The notes: generated from the sequence alone by a model not told the origin. A DNA stretch of 53,168 nucleotides from Polyangiaceae bacterium (GCA_035295445.1 DATGJA010000433.1:1-53168); one strand, 5' to 3'; counted from the first letter of the stretch, positions 39,407-48,481 are shown. Numbers and translations are program-made.

Positions 39407-40435
39407 ATGCACTCCGCCCCGGAGACGCCCAGCGCGGTCGTGACGTCGTCGGGGCCCCACCCGACGACCGACGATTCGCGCCCTCCCATGGCAGCCGGCC
39501 GGCCCTCGACGTCCGGAATCGTGCGGGGGCTAGTCAAGACAGCCAGGCCCCATCAGTGGGTGAAGAATCTCTTCGTCCTGGCGCCGATGTTCTTCCACAA
39601 GGACGTCTTTCTTGCCACGTCCCAGGGGCCCGCCCTGAACCTCACCGTCACGGGCCGCGCGCTCGGCGCAACCGCGGTCTTCTGCTTTCTCGCCGGAGCG
39701 GTCTACACCATCAACGATCTCGTCGACGTCGAGGCAGATCGGATTCACCCTGTGAAGCGCAGCAGGCCGATCGCGAGCGGCTCCGTCCCAGAGGGGGTCG
39801 CTCGCGTGGCCGCGGTCGTCCTGGTCATCGGTTCGCTCGTGGCGGCTTATGCGATCGCCCCGCTCTTCGCCTTTGTCGCCCTAGTCTATTTCCTCGAGAA
39901 CCTGGCGTACAGCTTCAAGCTGAAGAGCGTCGCGTTCTTCGACGTCGCGCTCATCGCGTTCGGATTCGTCCTACGCGTCGTGGCGGGAGGCATCGCGACG
40001 GCGGTTCATGTTTCAGCCTACATGCTTGCGTGCACCGCGCTACTCGCCCTCTACCTCGGCTTTGGCAAGAGGCGCCACGAGCTGGCGCTGGAGCACGCGC
40101 GCAAGCAACGCGCCGCGCTGCAGGCGTACAGCACGCGCTCGCTGAACGTCGCCATGTGCGTGACCGGCATGGCGGCCGCCCTGACGTACGTCGCCTATAC
40201 ACTCGCCCCGGCGACGCGCGCGTTCTTCAACTCCGATCGCCTGTGGCTGACCGCTCCGTTCGTGGTGTACGGGATCCTGCGCTTTCTCTTGCTCGTGAAC
40301 GGCCGCGCTGGGCGAGGACTGCGGGCGGAGTCGCCGACCCAGGAGATGCTGCGGGACGTGCCCTTCGTTCTCAATCTGACGCTTTGGGTCGTGGTCGTGG
40401 TGGCCGTGGTCTACAAGCTCCGCCCCAACGGTTAG
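39407..40435 (+). CDS. UbiA-family prenyltransferase (decaprenyl-phosphate phosphoribosyltransferase-like)
   Basis: RPHQWVKNLFVLAPMFF, the Asp-rich motif YTINDLVDVEADRIHPVKRSRPIASG, and multiple TM helices. The start is uncertain (ATG 39407 or 39488). Confidence 0.8.
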   Translation: MHSAPETPSAVVTSSGPHPTTDDSRPPMAAGRPSTSGIVRGLVKTARPHQWVKNLFVLAPMFFHKDVFLATSQGPALNLTVTGRALGATAVFCFLAGAVYTINDLVDVEADRIHPVKRSRPIASGSVPEGVARVAAVVLVIGSLVAAYAIAPLFAFVALVYFLENLAYSFKLKSVAFFDVALIAFGFVLRVVAGGIATAVHVSAYMLACTALLALYLGFGKRRHELALEHARKQRAALQAYSTRSLNVAMCVTGMAAALTYVAYTLAPATRAFFNSDRLWLTAPFVVYGILRFLLLVNGRAGRGLRAESPTQEMLRDVPFVLNLTLWVVVVVAVVYKLRPNG

Positions 40436-40460
40436 GGACCTCGCTCGGGTTAGACGCGCA

Positions 40461-41207
40461 ATGGAACCTCCCGGCGATCGCAGCCAGCTCAGCGACAGGC
40501 CCGGCGCGTGGGCCGAGCTCGCCCTCACGCTCCCGGTCTTCCTCGTCTACCAGCTCGGCGTGGTCTTCTTGAACGTGCGCAACGCGACCGACGTCGTTAC
40601 CGCTCAGCTCTTGGCGCTCGTGCGCGGGGATCGTCTCACGTACCTCGAGCTCACCGCGGGAATCGGCGTGACGATGCTCGCCGTCTTCGCCGTGCTCGGC
40701 CGCGGTCAGGCGCTGCGCGCGTCGAAGCTCGTTCAGATCGCGCTCGAGGGCGCGCTCTACGCGTTCGCCATGGGGACCGGGACTTCATGGGTGGTCGGCA
40801 GGATGTTCGCCGGCCCGGCAGCAGGGGCGGTCGAGACCCCCTTCCAGGGCGTCGTCATGTCGCTGGGGGCTGGATTCTACGAGGAGCTCGCGTTTCGAGC
40901 GGTCCTCTTCGGGCTCGGCGCGAAGGTGCTGGTCCGGCTCTTGGCCGGACAGCGCATGTCCCTCGTCGGCAAGGCGCCGCCCTTCCGGGCGCGGGCGTTC
41001 GTCGTGGCGACGGTCTGGGCTGTCGCGTGCGCCGCGGCGTTCAGCGGGATGCACTACGTCGGAGCGCTGGGCGACCGGTTCGCGCTCCGGTACTTCGTCG
41101 CGCGGGGCGTGCTCGGGCTTGCGCTTACACTCGTGTACGCGACAAGGGGTTTCGCCGCGGCCGTGTGGACGCACGCGCTCTACGACGTGTGGGTTCTCGT
41201 GCTGTAG
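40461..41207 (+). CDS. CPBP-family (CAAX-type) intramembrane glutamic protease
   Basis: Three family motifs are present: GFYEELAFRAVLF (EExxxR), AAFSGMHYVG (FxxxH) and WTHALYDVWV (HxxxD). Polytopic. It lies 25 nt downstream of the UbiA gene. Confidence 0.8.
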   Translation: MEPPGDRSQLSDRPGAWAELALTLPVFLVYQLGVVFLNVRNATDVVTAQLLALVRGDRLTYLELTAGIGVTMLAVFAVLGRGQALRASKLVQIALEGALYAFAMGTGTSWVVGRMFAGPAAGAVETPFQGVVMSLGAGFYEELAFRAVLFGLGAKVLVRLLAGQRMSLVGKAPPFRARAFVVATVWAVACAAAFSGMHYVGALGDRFALRYFVARGVLGLALTLVYATRGFAAAVWTHALYDVWVLVL

Positions 41208-41230
41208 CGATGGCCGCTCGGTCCAAGCGC

Positions 41231-41378
41231 GTGGAAATCAAGGGACATGAGCGTCCCGCGATTCCCAGCCCGTTGGAATTCGTGGGACGGCCGTGTCCTG
41301 CAAATGGAACCGCGTCGGCTGCATCGTCCTTGCCGTTAGAAATCGCGGGGCAGCCGTGTCCCGCGAACTCCACCGCGC
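41231..41378. repeat. three tandem hairpin-forming repeats (~43 nt each)
   Basis: R1 is 41231-41273, R2 is 41274-41316 and R3 is 41335-41378. They share GGAAWTC-nn-GGGRC-n6-GTCCYGCRA. By hand count R2/R3 match at 31 of 43 positions and R1/R2 at 26 of 43. They lie in the convergent gap between the CPBP protease and thpR. Confidence 0.65.
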
Positions 41379-41397
41379 GAGCACGTTCCCCCCCGGT

Positions 41398-41976
41398 TCA
41401 CTCCGTCGTGTACTCGACGCTCGCGAGCGGCACATAGCTCGTCCCGTCCCGCCCCACCTCGCTTCGATAAAGGGTGAGGCGCGCGGCGCGGCATTCGGCC
41501 GCCCCCTCGGCCAGCTCGGGGCGCAGCCAGCGACGAGCGTCGTATTGCATCTTCAGTCGCGCGAGGGTCACGTGCGGACGAAACGTGCGCTCTTCGCGCG
41601 GGATCTTGTACTTGAGCACGAGCTTTTCGATCTTGGCCGCCAGCGCCGCGACGTCGCGCTCGGGGTCCTCGAGCTCGAGCACGACGACGCGCGCCTCGGC
41701 GGCGGACGGGAACGCCTCGAGCCGAAGGGCGCCGACGATCGGTGCGCGCTTGCCCGTGGCGAGTGGCCCGAGAGCTCGGCCGAGGTGGGCCGTCGCGTCG
41801 GTCGGCAGCTCTTCCATGAACTTGAGGGTGACGTGGACCTTCGCTGCCGGCGTCCACGTCGCGCTGGGGGCGCCGCTCGCCATACGCAGTCGATCGGCGA
41901 CGCGCGCGACGCGACGGACGCTCGTCGGGTCGAGATCGAGCGCCACGAAGGCGCGGATCGTCTCCTTAGCACCCAT
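41398..41976 (-). CDS. thpR: RNA 2',3'-cyclic phosphodiesterase (2H family, ThpR/LigT)
   Basis: IRAFVALDL N-terminus and two HxT motifs (KVHVTLKF and RPHVTLARL). GAGGGAG RBS. Confidence 0.85.
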   Translation of the reverse strand: MGAKETIRAFVALDLDPTSVRRVARVADRLRMASGAPSATWTPAAKVHVTLKFMEELPTDATAHLGRALGPLATGKRAPIVGALRLEAFPSAAEARVVVLELEDPERDVAALAAKIEKLVLKYKIPREERTFRPHVTLARLKMQYDARRWLRPELAEGAAECRAARLTLYRSEVGRDGTSYVPLASVEYTTE

Positions 41977-41985
41977 ACTCCCTCG

Positions 41986-43236
41986 TCACGCCCGATCGGG
42001 ACCACTAGCGCACAACTCGCGGACCATTTGAAGTCCTACGTACGCCGCGAGCGTCTGTATCTGGCCGCGATCGCCCCCGAAGACACGATGCTGTACCTGC
42101 GTCGTCCCGTCCTGGCGCGCGACCGCGAAGTAGACCGTTCCGACCGGCTTCGCCTCGGTTCCGCCGCCCGGCCCGGCGACGCCGGTCAGCGCAAGCGCCA
42201 CGTCAGCTCCCGACACGCGCTTCGCGCCTTGCGCCATGCTCGCGGCCACCTCGTGGCTCACGGCACCGTGCCAGCGCATCGTGTCCTCGTCCACCCCGAG
42301 GATCCGCGCCTTGGCGCTGTTGGCGTACGTGACCGCGTCGAGCACCAGGAAGTCGCTCGCGCCGGGCTCGCGCGTCACCATGTGCCCGACGAGGCCCCCG
42401 GTGCACGATTCTGCGATCGCGAACGTCCAGCCGCGCGCCCTGAGGGCTCGCGCCACGACCCCGGCGAACGTGTCCTCCGCGTCGCCGTAGACGCACGAAC
42501 CAAGCCGCGCGCGCACCTCGGCCGTGGCCCGCTCACACAGGTCGCGCGCCGCGGAATGGGTCGCTGCGCGCGAAAGGACCTTCACCTCGATCTCGGGGAA
42601 ATGGGCGCGATAGCCGATCGTCGTACCGGCGAAGGCGGCCTCCACGTCAACGAGCTTCTCGCCGACGACGCTCTCGGGCAGACCGAAGGTCCGGAGCCGG
42701 TATTGAAAGAGGTTGTTCGGGGCGAGCGGCCGGATCCTCGGAACGACTTGCTCCTGGAACATGCGCTTCATCTCGCGCGGGACGCCGGGCATGAAGTAGG
42801 CGACCGAGGAGCCCAACCGGACGCCGAAGCCCGGCGCCGTGCCGATGGGATTGGGCAGAATGTCGGCCCCCTCCGGGAAGTCGGCCTGCTTGGCGTTGGA
42901 GGGCGCCATCGTGCGGCCGGCCCGCTCCAGTCGCCGACGGATCTGATCGAGCGACGCCTCGTCGCGCGCGAGCGGCTTGCCCAAGGCCGTCGCGACCGCT
43001 TCGGTCGTCAAGTCGTCGCTCGTCGGTCCGAGCCCCCCGGTGGCGACGACGACGCCTGCGTCCCGCGTGAGGCGATGGAGCGCCGCGACGATCCGCTCAC
43101 GATCGTCGTCGACCACGGCGTGCTCCGTCACCTCGAAGCCCACGGACGTGAGCTCGGCGCCGAGCCACGCGCCGTTTCCGTTGACCAGCTCTCCACGTGT
43201 CAGCTCAGTCCCTATCGACAGCACGGAGCAGCGCAT
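41986..43236 (-). CDS. cinA: CinA-family protein (competence/damage-inducible; nicotinamide-nucleotide amidase domain)
   Basis: MRCSVLSIGTELTRGELVNGNGAWL, VVATGGLGPTSDDLT, and the C-terminal PncC domain AIAESCTGGLVGHMVT. The start is set at ATG 43234-43236 rather than the track start at 43443. Confidence 0.88.
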   Translation of the reverse strand: MRCSVLSIGTELTRGELVNGNGAWLGAELTSVGFEVTEHAVVDDDRERIVAALHRLTRDAGVVVATGGLGPTSDDLTTEAVATALGKPLARDEASLDQIRRRLERAGRTMAPSNAKQADFPEGADILPNPIGTAPGFGVRLGSSVAYFMPGVPREMKRMFQEQVVPRIRPLAPNNLFQYRLRTFGLPESVVGEKLVDVEAAFAGTTIGYRAHFPEIEVKVLSRAATHSAARDLCERATAEVRARLGSCVYGDAEDTFAGVVARALRARGWTFAIAESCTGGLVGHMVTREPGASDFLVLDAVTYANSAKARILGVDEDTMRWHGAVSHEVAASMAQGAKRVSGADVALALTGVAGPGGGTEAKPVGTVYFAVARQDGTTQVQHRVFGGDRGQIQTLAAYVGLQMVRELCASGPDRA

Positions 43237-43267
43237 CGGGACCGCAGAGCCTAGCGCAACCCCGCGC

Positions 43268-44071
43268 TTAGGGGGGATATGCGCAGCGCAGACCGACCCT
43301 CGCGTCCCTCGACCCTGAGGGAAGCTCGACGCGTGCCCAGATGCGCAGCTCGGTCGCCAGGCGGCTCGCGTACGAACCGCCCTTGGCGATATCGAGGGCG
43401 GGGGCGCCTGCATCCCCTGCATCGGGGGAGACCCATTCGGCAACGTTTCCCGCGAGATCGTGGAGACCCACCAAGGAGTCGCCGTCCGGGTGCGCGCCGA
43501 CCGTGTCGGGCCCGTCCGCCCCCGTGGCGCAGGGGCCGCGCGTCAGGCCCCAAGCGGCGCGACGACAGACGGCGCCCGTGTCCCCCCAGGGATACCGGGG
43601 TGGCGGCTTCCTTTCCGACCCCGCTGCCACCATCCATTCGTCCTCGGTGGGCAGGCGGCCTCCCTGGCTCGCGCAGAACGCCGCGCCTTCGTTGCGGCTC
43701 ATCCCCGCCGCCGCCCTCGCCGGGTCCGCGGTTGCCCGCTCGTACCGGCCGCGGGTGACCTCGAACGCGTCGAGGCGGAACGCCGCCACGCGAACCGTTC
43801 GGGGTGGGACGGCCCGCTCGGCTTCCCAATCGCCCGGTCCGATGGTGATCGACGCGGCCGCGATCGGGACCCGCACGTCGGGCGCGTCGCAGCCGGCCGA
43901 CGTCGGGAGCAGCGGGGGAGGGCACCGATCGGTCGGGACCAGGCACCGGGTCCCGCGCGATTCGAAGCCGGGCCCGCACCGCGCGCCGCCGTCACCCCGT
44001 TGAGCGATCGCCAGCAAAATGGCCACGACCACGGCGAGTCCGGCGACCCCCACCGCAACGTCGCGACGCAC
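43268..44071 (-). CDS. formylglycine-generating-enzyme (SUMF1) family protein with N-terminal TM anchor
   Basis: AFRLDAFEVTRGRY, GGRLPTEDEWMVAAG, YPWGD, HDLAGNVAEWV, GGSYAS and the tail VGLRCAYPP. Confidence 0.8.
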   Translation of the reverse strand: MRRDVAVGVAGLAVVVAILLAIAQRGDGGARCGPGFESRGTRCLVPTDRCPPPLLPTSAGCDAPDVRVPIAAASITIGPGDWEAERAVPPRTVRVAAFRLDAFEVTRGRYERATADPARAAAGMSRNEGAAFCASQGGRLPTEDEWMVAAGSERKPPPRYPWGDTGAVCRRAAWGLTRGPCATGADGPDTVGAHPDGDSLVGLHDLAGNVAEWVSPDAGDAGAPALDIAKGGSYASRLATELRIWARVELPSGSRDARVGLRCAYPP

Positions 44072-44083
44072 GTCGCCTACTCC

Positions 44084-44860
44084 TTAGCCCGCGGCCGGGG
44101 CAGCGGCGGCCACGCCGCACCGCAGGACACCGATGCCCGAGATCTCCACTTCGAGCGCGTTGCCCGGCAGGAGCGGTCCTACCCCTTCGGGGGTCCCCGT
44201 GAGAAGGACGTCGCCCGCTTCGAGGGTCATCATGCGGCTGACGTACGAGACGACGGTGGGTACATCGAAGATCATGTTCGCCGTCGGCCCGTCCTGCCGG
44301 GTCTCGGCGCCGACGCGGCAGACGATGTGCTGCGCGCCGGGATCGAGGCTGGTCTCGATCCACGGCCCCATCGGGCAGAACGTGTCGAACCCCTTTGCGC
44401 GCGTGAACTGCACGTCCTTTCGCTGGAGGTCGCGCGCCGTCACGTCGCATGCGCAAGAGTAGCCGAACACGTGCGAAAGGGCCGACTCGCGCGACACGCC
44501 CTTGGCCCGCCGCCCGATGACGACCGCCAGTTCGGCCTCGTGCTCGACGCGGGAGCTCTCGGGAGGCAGATGGATCGTTCCGCCCGGTCCGGTGAGCGCG
44601 GACGGCGGCTTGAGAAAGAGGAGCGGCTCGGCGGGGACGTCCTGGCCGAGCTCGCGCGCGTGGGCCGCGTAGTTTCGCCCGATGCACACGATCTTCGAGG
44701 GGCGGACCGGGCACGCGAGGTCTGCGTCGCTCCAGCGCCACGTCTCCGGCGTTTCGGCGCTACCGAGCCACGGGGGTCCGTCGAGGGCATGGGCGACCGG
44801 GCCGTCCAGGCGGGCGAAACGGTCGACCCCGCCCGGGATCCGCAAGAGAGCGAAGCGCAT
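44084..44860 (-). CDS. fumarylacetoacetate hydrolase (FAH) family protein
   Basis: IVCIGRNYAAHARELG, LFLKPPSAL, VEHEAELAVVIGR, KGFDTFCPMGPWI and GDVLLTGTPEGVG. Confidence 0.85.
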   Translation of the reverse strand: MRFALLRIPGGVDRFARLDGPVAHALDGPPWLGSAETPETWRWSDADLACPVRPSKIVCIGRNYAAHARELGQDVPAEPLLFLKPPSALTGPGGTIHLPPESSRVEHEAELAVVIGRRAKGVSRESALSHVFGYSCACDVTARDLQRKDVQFTRAKGFDTFCPMGPWIETSLDPGAQHIVCRVGAETRQDGPTANMIFDVPTVVSYVSRMMTLEAGDVLLTGTPEGVGPLLPGNALEVEISGIGVLRCGVAAAAPAAG

Positions 44861-44903
44861 GCCCGGATGTTAGCCGACCGCGAGGCGAGGTACCGTCGCC
44901 GCC

Positions 44904-45758
44904 ATGACCGCCATCCGGTTGGCCTTCTCCCCGGACAGTGACGACATCTTCATGTTTTGGCCTCTCCTCACGGGGCGGATCGACACAGAGGGCCTGACGT
45001 TCCGGGCCGAGCGAGCGGACACGGAGAGTCTCAACCTTCGCGCCGTGGCGGGGGAGATCGACGTCGTCGCTGTATCGATTGCTCGTTGGCCGGCGATCGC
45101 GCGCGACTATGTCCTCTTGCCGCACGGAATGTCGGTAGGGCGCGGCTACGGCCCCGTCGTCGTGGCGTCGCGCCCTCGCGAGCTCGCGTCCCTCGAGGGG
45201 GCCCGGATCGGTGTGCCGGGGCTGAAGACGACGGCGTACTTGGTACTCCGTCTGCTCCTTCCGCGCTTTGACCCCGTGGTCGTGCCGATCAGCCCGTACG
45301 CTCGCGCGTTCGAGGCGGTGCGCGCCGGGGAGGTCGATGCGGTCCTCTTGATTCACGAGGGCCGCCTCACCTACCAGCGCGAGCGATTGGCGAAGGTCGT
45401 CGACCTCGGGGCGGCTTGGATGTCGTCCACGGGCGGCCTACCGCTGCCGCTGGGGGGCAACGCCATTCGCAGGGGCCTCGGCCAAGACCTCGTGGCCCAG
45501 GTGTCGCGGCTGTGCAAGAGCTCGATCGCGTGGGCGCTCGCACATCGCGAGGAGACGATGGACGCGCTCCTCGCCGGTGAGTCGCGCGAGGACCTCGCGC
45601 TCGACCGCGCGACGCTCGATCGTTACCTCGCGATGTATGCAAACCTCGACACCCTGGACGCACCGGCCGACGTACGACGGGCGGTCGACGAGATGTACGA
45701 GCGCGCGGCGAGGGCGGGACTTCTCGAGCGCGCGCTCCGCGCCGAGTTCGCGCCGTAG
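44904..45758 (+). CDS. MqnA/MqnD/SBP-family protein (futalosine-pathway-like)
   Basis: LAFSPDSDDIFMFWPLLTGRID ... LLPHGMSVGRGYGPVVVA ... VLLIHEGRLTY resembles the MqnD-type periplasmic-binding fold. Subfamily assignment would need an HMM. Confidence 0.65.
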   Translation: MTAIRLAFSPDSDDIFMFWPLLTGRIDTEGLTFRAERADTESLNLRAVAGEIDVVAVSIARWPAIARDYVLLPHGMSVGRGYGPVVVASRPRELASLEGARIGVPGLKTTAYLVLRLLLPRFDPVVVPISPYARAFEAVRAGEVDAVLLIHEGRLTYQRERLAKVVDLGAAWMSSTGGLPLPLGGNAIRRGLGQDLVAQVSRLCKSSIAWALAHREETMDALLAGESREDLALDRATLDRYLAMYANLDTLDAPADVRRAVDEMYERAARAGLLERALRAEFAP

Positions 45759-45774
45759 TAGGGGGAGGTCCTTG

Positions 45775-45816
45775 GGTGTCTCGTCCGATCTGTCGCTTGG
45801 GTCGAGCGTGCGGACG
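45775..45816. repeat. intergenic repeat family, copy D
   Basis: ggtgtctcgtccgatctgTCGCTTGGGTCGAGCGTGCGGACg lies between the Mqn-like stop (45758) and the Cys-rich lipoprotein stop (45819). Confidence 0.8.
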
Positions 45817-45818
45817 CG

Positions 45819-46202
45819 TTACTGCCCGACCGGTACGCAGGTCGTCGCGCCGCAGATGAAGGGCCCCCCGCCGCCGCCGGTACACGACGAGGCGCCGAAG
45901 GTGATTCCGCTGCAAACCAGCGCGATCGAGTCCGGCGTGCACATGCCATCCGCCGTGCTCAACGTGAGCCCGCGCAGCGTCTGGCCGCCGCGCACGGAGC
46001 AGTCGTAGCGCACGTCGCAGAGGAGGCACGTGTCCACGGAGTCGCGCGTCGGCGGAGGCGTATCGCGGATGACCGGGGGAGAGTCCCGTCCCGCCGAGGT
46101 CGACGTCACGAGCGGGCCGCTCCCCCCACCGCAACCGACGAGCGCGACGGCACCCCATCCGACGGCCACGCCCAACCGCGCCGTGGCAAACCGTACTCCC
46201 AT
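45819..46202 (-). CDS. small Cys-rich lipoprotein
   Basis: MGVRFATARLGVAVGWGAVALVGCGGG lipoprotein signal. 127 aa with ~10 Cys. It lies 14 nt downstream of the OMP gene. The rest of track ORF 45819..47234 is an out-of-frame shadow of that gene. Confidence 0.6.
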   Translation of the reverse strand: MGVRFATARLGVAVGWGAVALVGCGGGSGPLVTSTSAGRDSPPVIRDTPPPTRDSVDTCLLCDVRYDCSVRGGQTLRGLTLSTADGMCTPDSIALVCSGITFGASSCTGGGGGPFICGATTCVPVGQ

Positions 46203-46216
46203 CGCCGCCTCCTCCG

Positions 46217-47086
46217 TCAGAAGTAGTACGTCGCCGAGATGGTGTCCTTGAAGATGGCCCACGGGTCGGCGCTCACGTTCGTCCCGAACGTGTTGGTGCC
46301 GTCGGAGAATGAGTTGTTTCCCGACTTCCACTTGAAGACGGTTCGCCTGTAACTGAGCCCGACGGTCGCCTGCAGCGCCAGCTCCGGGATCCCGATGAAG
46401 CCGAAGTGGATCTCCGCGCCGATCGCCGCGCCGCCGTCGAAGAGAAAGCCGCTGAGGTCCTGTCCGATGCCTCCGGTCGGCGTGAACGATCCCGTCGTGA
46501 CCCCCACCGTGAACTGCGGGATGAGAAGGAACGTGTAGTGCTTGCCGTGAAAGAAGGCGATCGGCAGCCCGCCATGGAACGCGAAGCCACCGGTGGACGC
46601 CTTGTCGGCCGAGTTGTCGGCTGCTCCCGTGACGGTCTCCTGGGAACCCCCCGCGTAGCCGGCGCCGATCCCCACGTCGACGCCGAAGTCGCGGTGGAAC
46701 CAGTACCGGACCCCGACGACCGGCGCCGAGACTGTGCTGCTCGTGATCCCGGCGGCCGCCGGCGCGAAGGCGCCCGCGGTTGCGACCGGGTTGGCGACAG
46801 GGAGCGACGCGATGTCGAAGTAGGTGACCCCGATGTGGCCCACGAACCGCTCGTGGTCGGGCACTTCCTCCGCGGGCTGCGCGCGCGATTCCGGGTCGGG
46901 CGCCGGGGGGGGCGCCGGGGAAGGCGGCAACGGCGTCGACGCCGCGGTCGTCGCGGGCGGGGGGGGAGGCGGCGGGGGCAGTGGCGGCTGCGCTCCCGTG
47001 GGTTGGGCGTACGCCAGCCGTGGGACCAGGCTGGCGACCGCGACGATCGCGGTGAGCCCGGCCTTCGTGCACTCCATGCTTTTCAT
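46217..47086 (-). CDS. outer-membrane beta-barrel protein with Pro-rich linker
   Basis: Signal peptide ending AYA-QP and a poly-Pro linker (PPLPPPPPPPPA). Alternating Gly/aromatic beta-strand-like segments. The C-terminus ATYYF ends in Phe, as in typical OMPs. Confidence 0.7.
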   Translation of the reverse strand: MKSMECTKAGLTAIVAVASLVPRLAYAQPTGAQPPLPPPPPPPPATTAASTPLPPSPAPPPAPDPESRAQPAEEVPDHERFVGHIGVTYFDIASLPVANPVATAGAFAPAAAGITSSTVSAPVVGVRYWFHRDFGVDVGIGAGYAGGSQETVTGAADNSADKASTGGFAFHGGLPIAFFHGKHYTFLLIPQFTVGVTTGSFTPTGGIGQDLSGFLFDGGAAIGAEIHFGFIGIPELALQATVGLSYRRTVFKWKSGNNSFSDGTNTFGTNVSADPWAIFKDTISATYYF

Positions 47087-47173
47087 CGCATCCCTCCGTG
47101 GCGATTGGGCGGGCCTCGGGTCGGGCCGCTGCCTGCCGGATTGCGCAGGCCATCAAGCCACGGCCGAGGCGCG

Positions 47174-48481
47174 ATGAGCAAAATTGCGGCGAAGCGCCGC
47201 GTTCGGCGTGCGGTTGCCGACGGCGCCCCGGCAAGTACGATGGGGTCGATGGGTCGCTGGCCGAAGCACGTCGCCCTGGCCCTGGGGTGGATCGCTGGCT
47301 GCGGGTCGCCGGCTTCCCCCGCCGCCCCCTCCACGGTCGAGGCCACGGCGACGACCACCAGCGCGATCGAGGACGGCGTCCTAGATACGACTCACAATTT
47401 CGCGGTCGGGATCGTCCAAACGAGCCAGCTCCAGAGCCATCAGATCTCGGTCTGTTCGGGGGCCCTCCTCGCCCCGAATCTCGTGGCCACCGCCCGCCAT
47501 TGCGTTTCGCCGTTGACGAGCCCGATGGTCGACTGCGGGACGTCGACGTTCAGCGGTGTCCTGCCGGCGTCGGATCTCCTGATCACGACCGATCCGCAGC
47601 TGTCGGCCAACAGCACCTTCGTCGGGGCGACTCAGATCGTCGTCCCCACCGGAACCGATCACGACAAGGTCTGCGGCAACGACATCGCGCTCATCGTCCT
47701 CGACCGGAGCATTCACGTTCCGGAGTACGTCGTTCCCGTCATCAGTCCGCCGATGACCGACCCGATGTACTCGACGAGCGTGACCGCCATCGGGTACGGC
47801 ATAGATAGCCCGACGGACATGTCGGGGATGAGCGCGGGCGTCCGCCGCATCAAGCAGAACATCGGCCTCGCCTGCATCCCAAACGATGGCGCGCTCGGCG
47901 CGTGCTTCAAGTCGCAGGGAGCGCAGCAGGTGTTGGCCGCGAACGAGTTCGTCTCGGGGGACTCGAGCACGTGCGACGGAGACTCGGGGTCGAGCGCGTT
48001 CGACCAGGGGAGCTTCGACCAGGGCAAGTGGGTGAGCTTCGGCGTTCTGTCGCGCGGGGCGGTGAGTCAAGACGGACAGACGTGCATCCAGCCGATCTAC
48101 ACGCGCTTCGACGCGTGGCGGGCGCTCCTCGTCGAAACGGCAGCCCTGGCGGCGTCGATGGGCGGGTATGCGCTGCCGTCGTGGGCGTCGGCCCTGCCCG
48201 ACGGAGCCAATTGCAGCGACAGCGACCAGTGCGCGTCCACGAGTTGCGTCTCGACGCAGGGCGACGCGATGACCGGTGTGTGCGCCAGTCCATGCAACGG
48301 CGGCTCTTGCGCCTCAGGCCTCAGCTGCCTGGGCGGGTACTGCTTCGCGAGCCCGCCGCAGTCGCCGTCGCAAGTGGGCGGCTGCTCGGCGGTCCCGGGC
48401 GCGCCCACGACGCCCATCTCCCTTGCGGTCGGTTGGGCCGGGGTCGTGCTACTGGCCGTCGGCCGCCGACGTCGTAGGTAG
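47174..48481 (+). CDS. trypsin-like (S1) serine protease lipoprotein with Cys-rich stalk and MYXO-CTERM tag
   Basis: Catalytic triad context TARHC (His), GNDIALIVL (Asp) and CDGDSGSSAF (Ser). Lipobox LGWIAGCGS. A Cys-rich region precedes the tail. The start is uncertain among ATGs at 47174, 47240 and 47249. Confidence 0.8.
   Translation: MSKIAAKRRVRRAVADGAPASTMGSMGRWPKHVALALGWIAGCGSPASPAAPSTVEATATTTSAIEDGVLDTTHNFAVGIVQTSQLQSHQISVCSGALLAPNLVATARHCVSPLTSPMVDCGTSTFSGVLPASDLLITTDPQLSANSTFVGATQIVVPTGTDHDKVCGNDIALIVLDRSIHVPEYVVPVISPPMTDPMYSTSVTAIGYGIDSPTDMSGMSAGVRRIKQNIGLACIPNDGALGACFKSQGAQQVLAANEFVSGDSSTCDGDSGSSAFDQGSFDQGKWVSFGVLSRGAVSQDGQTCIQPIYTRFDAWRALLVETAALAASMGGYALPSWASALPDGANCSDSDQCASTSCVSTQGDAMTGVCASPCNGGSCASGLSCLGGYCFASPPQSPSQVGGCSAVPGAPTTPISLAVGWAGVVLLAVGRRRRR
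48377..48478 (+). other. MYXO-CTERM sorting signal (part of the protease CDS)
   Basis: GGCSAVPGAPTTPISLAVGWAGVVLLAVGRRRRR has the invariant Cys motif, a hydrophobic helix and an Arg cluster at the extreme C-terminus. Confidence 0.8.

Noticed and set aside
46198-46262. My hand translation of the printed bases here disagreed with the ORF track by one C near 46200/46201 and a compensating C near 46260/46261.
   Set aside because: This is most likely my misreading of C-runs across line breaks. The track translations (the OMP ending ...SATYYF and the lipoprotein start MGVRF...) are biologically sensible and internally consistent, so I used the track coordinates and do not claim a frameshift.
47087-47173. 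Sigma54 promoter for the OMP operon. Minus-strand TGGCTTGATGGCCTGC.
   Set aside because: The GG to GC spacing is N11 rather than the required N10, and the -12 element is CTGC rather than TTGC.
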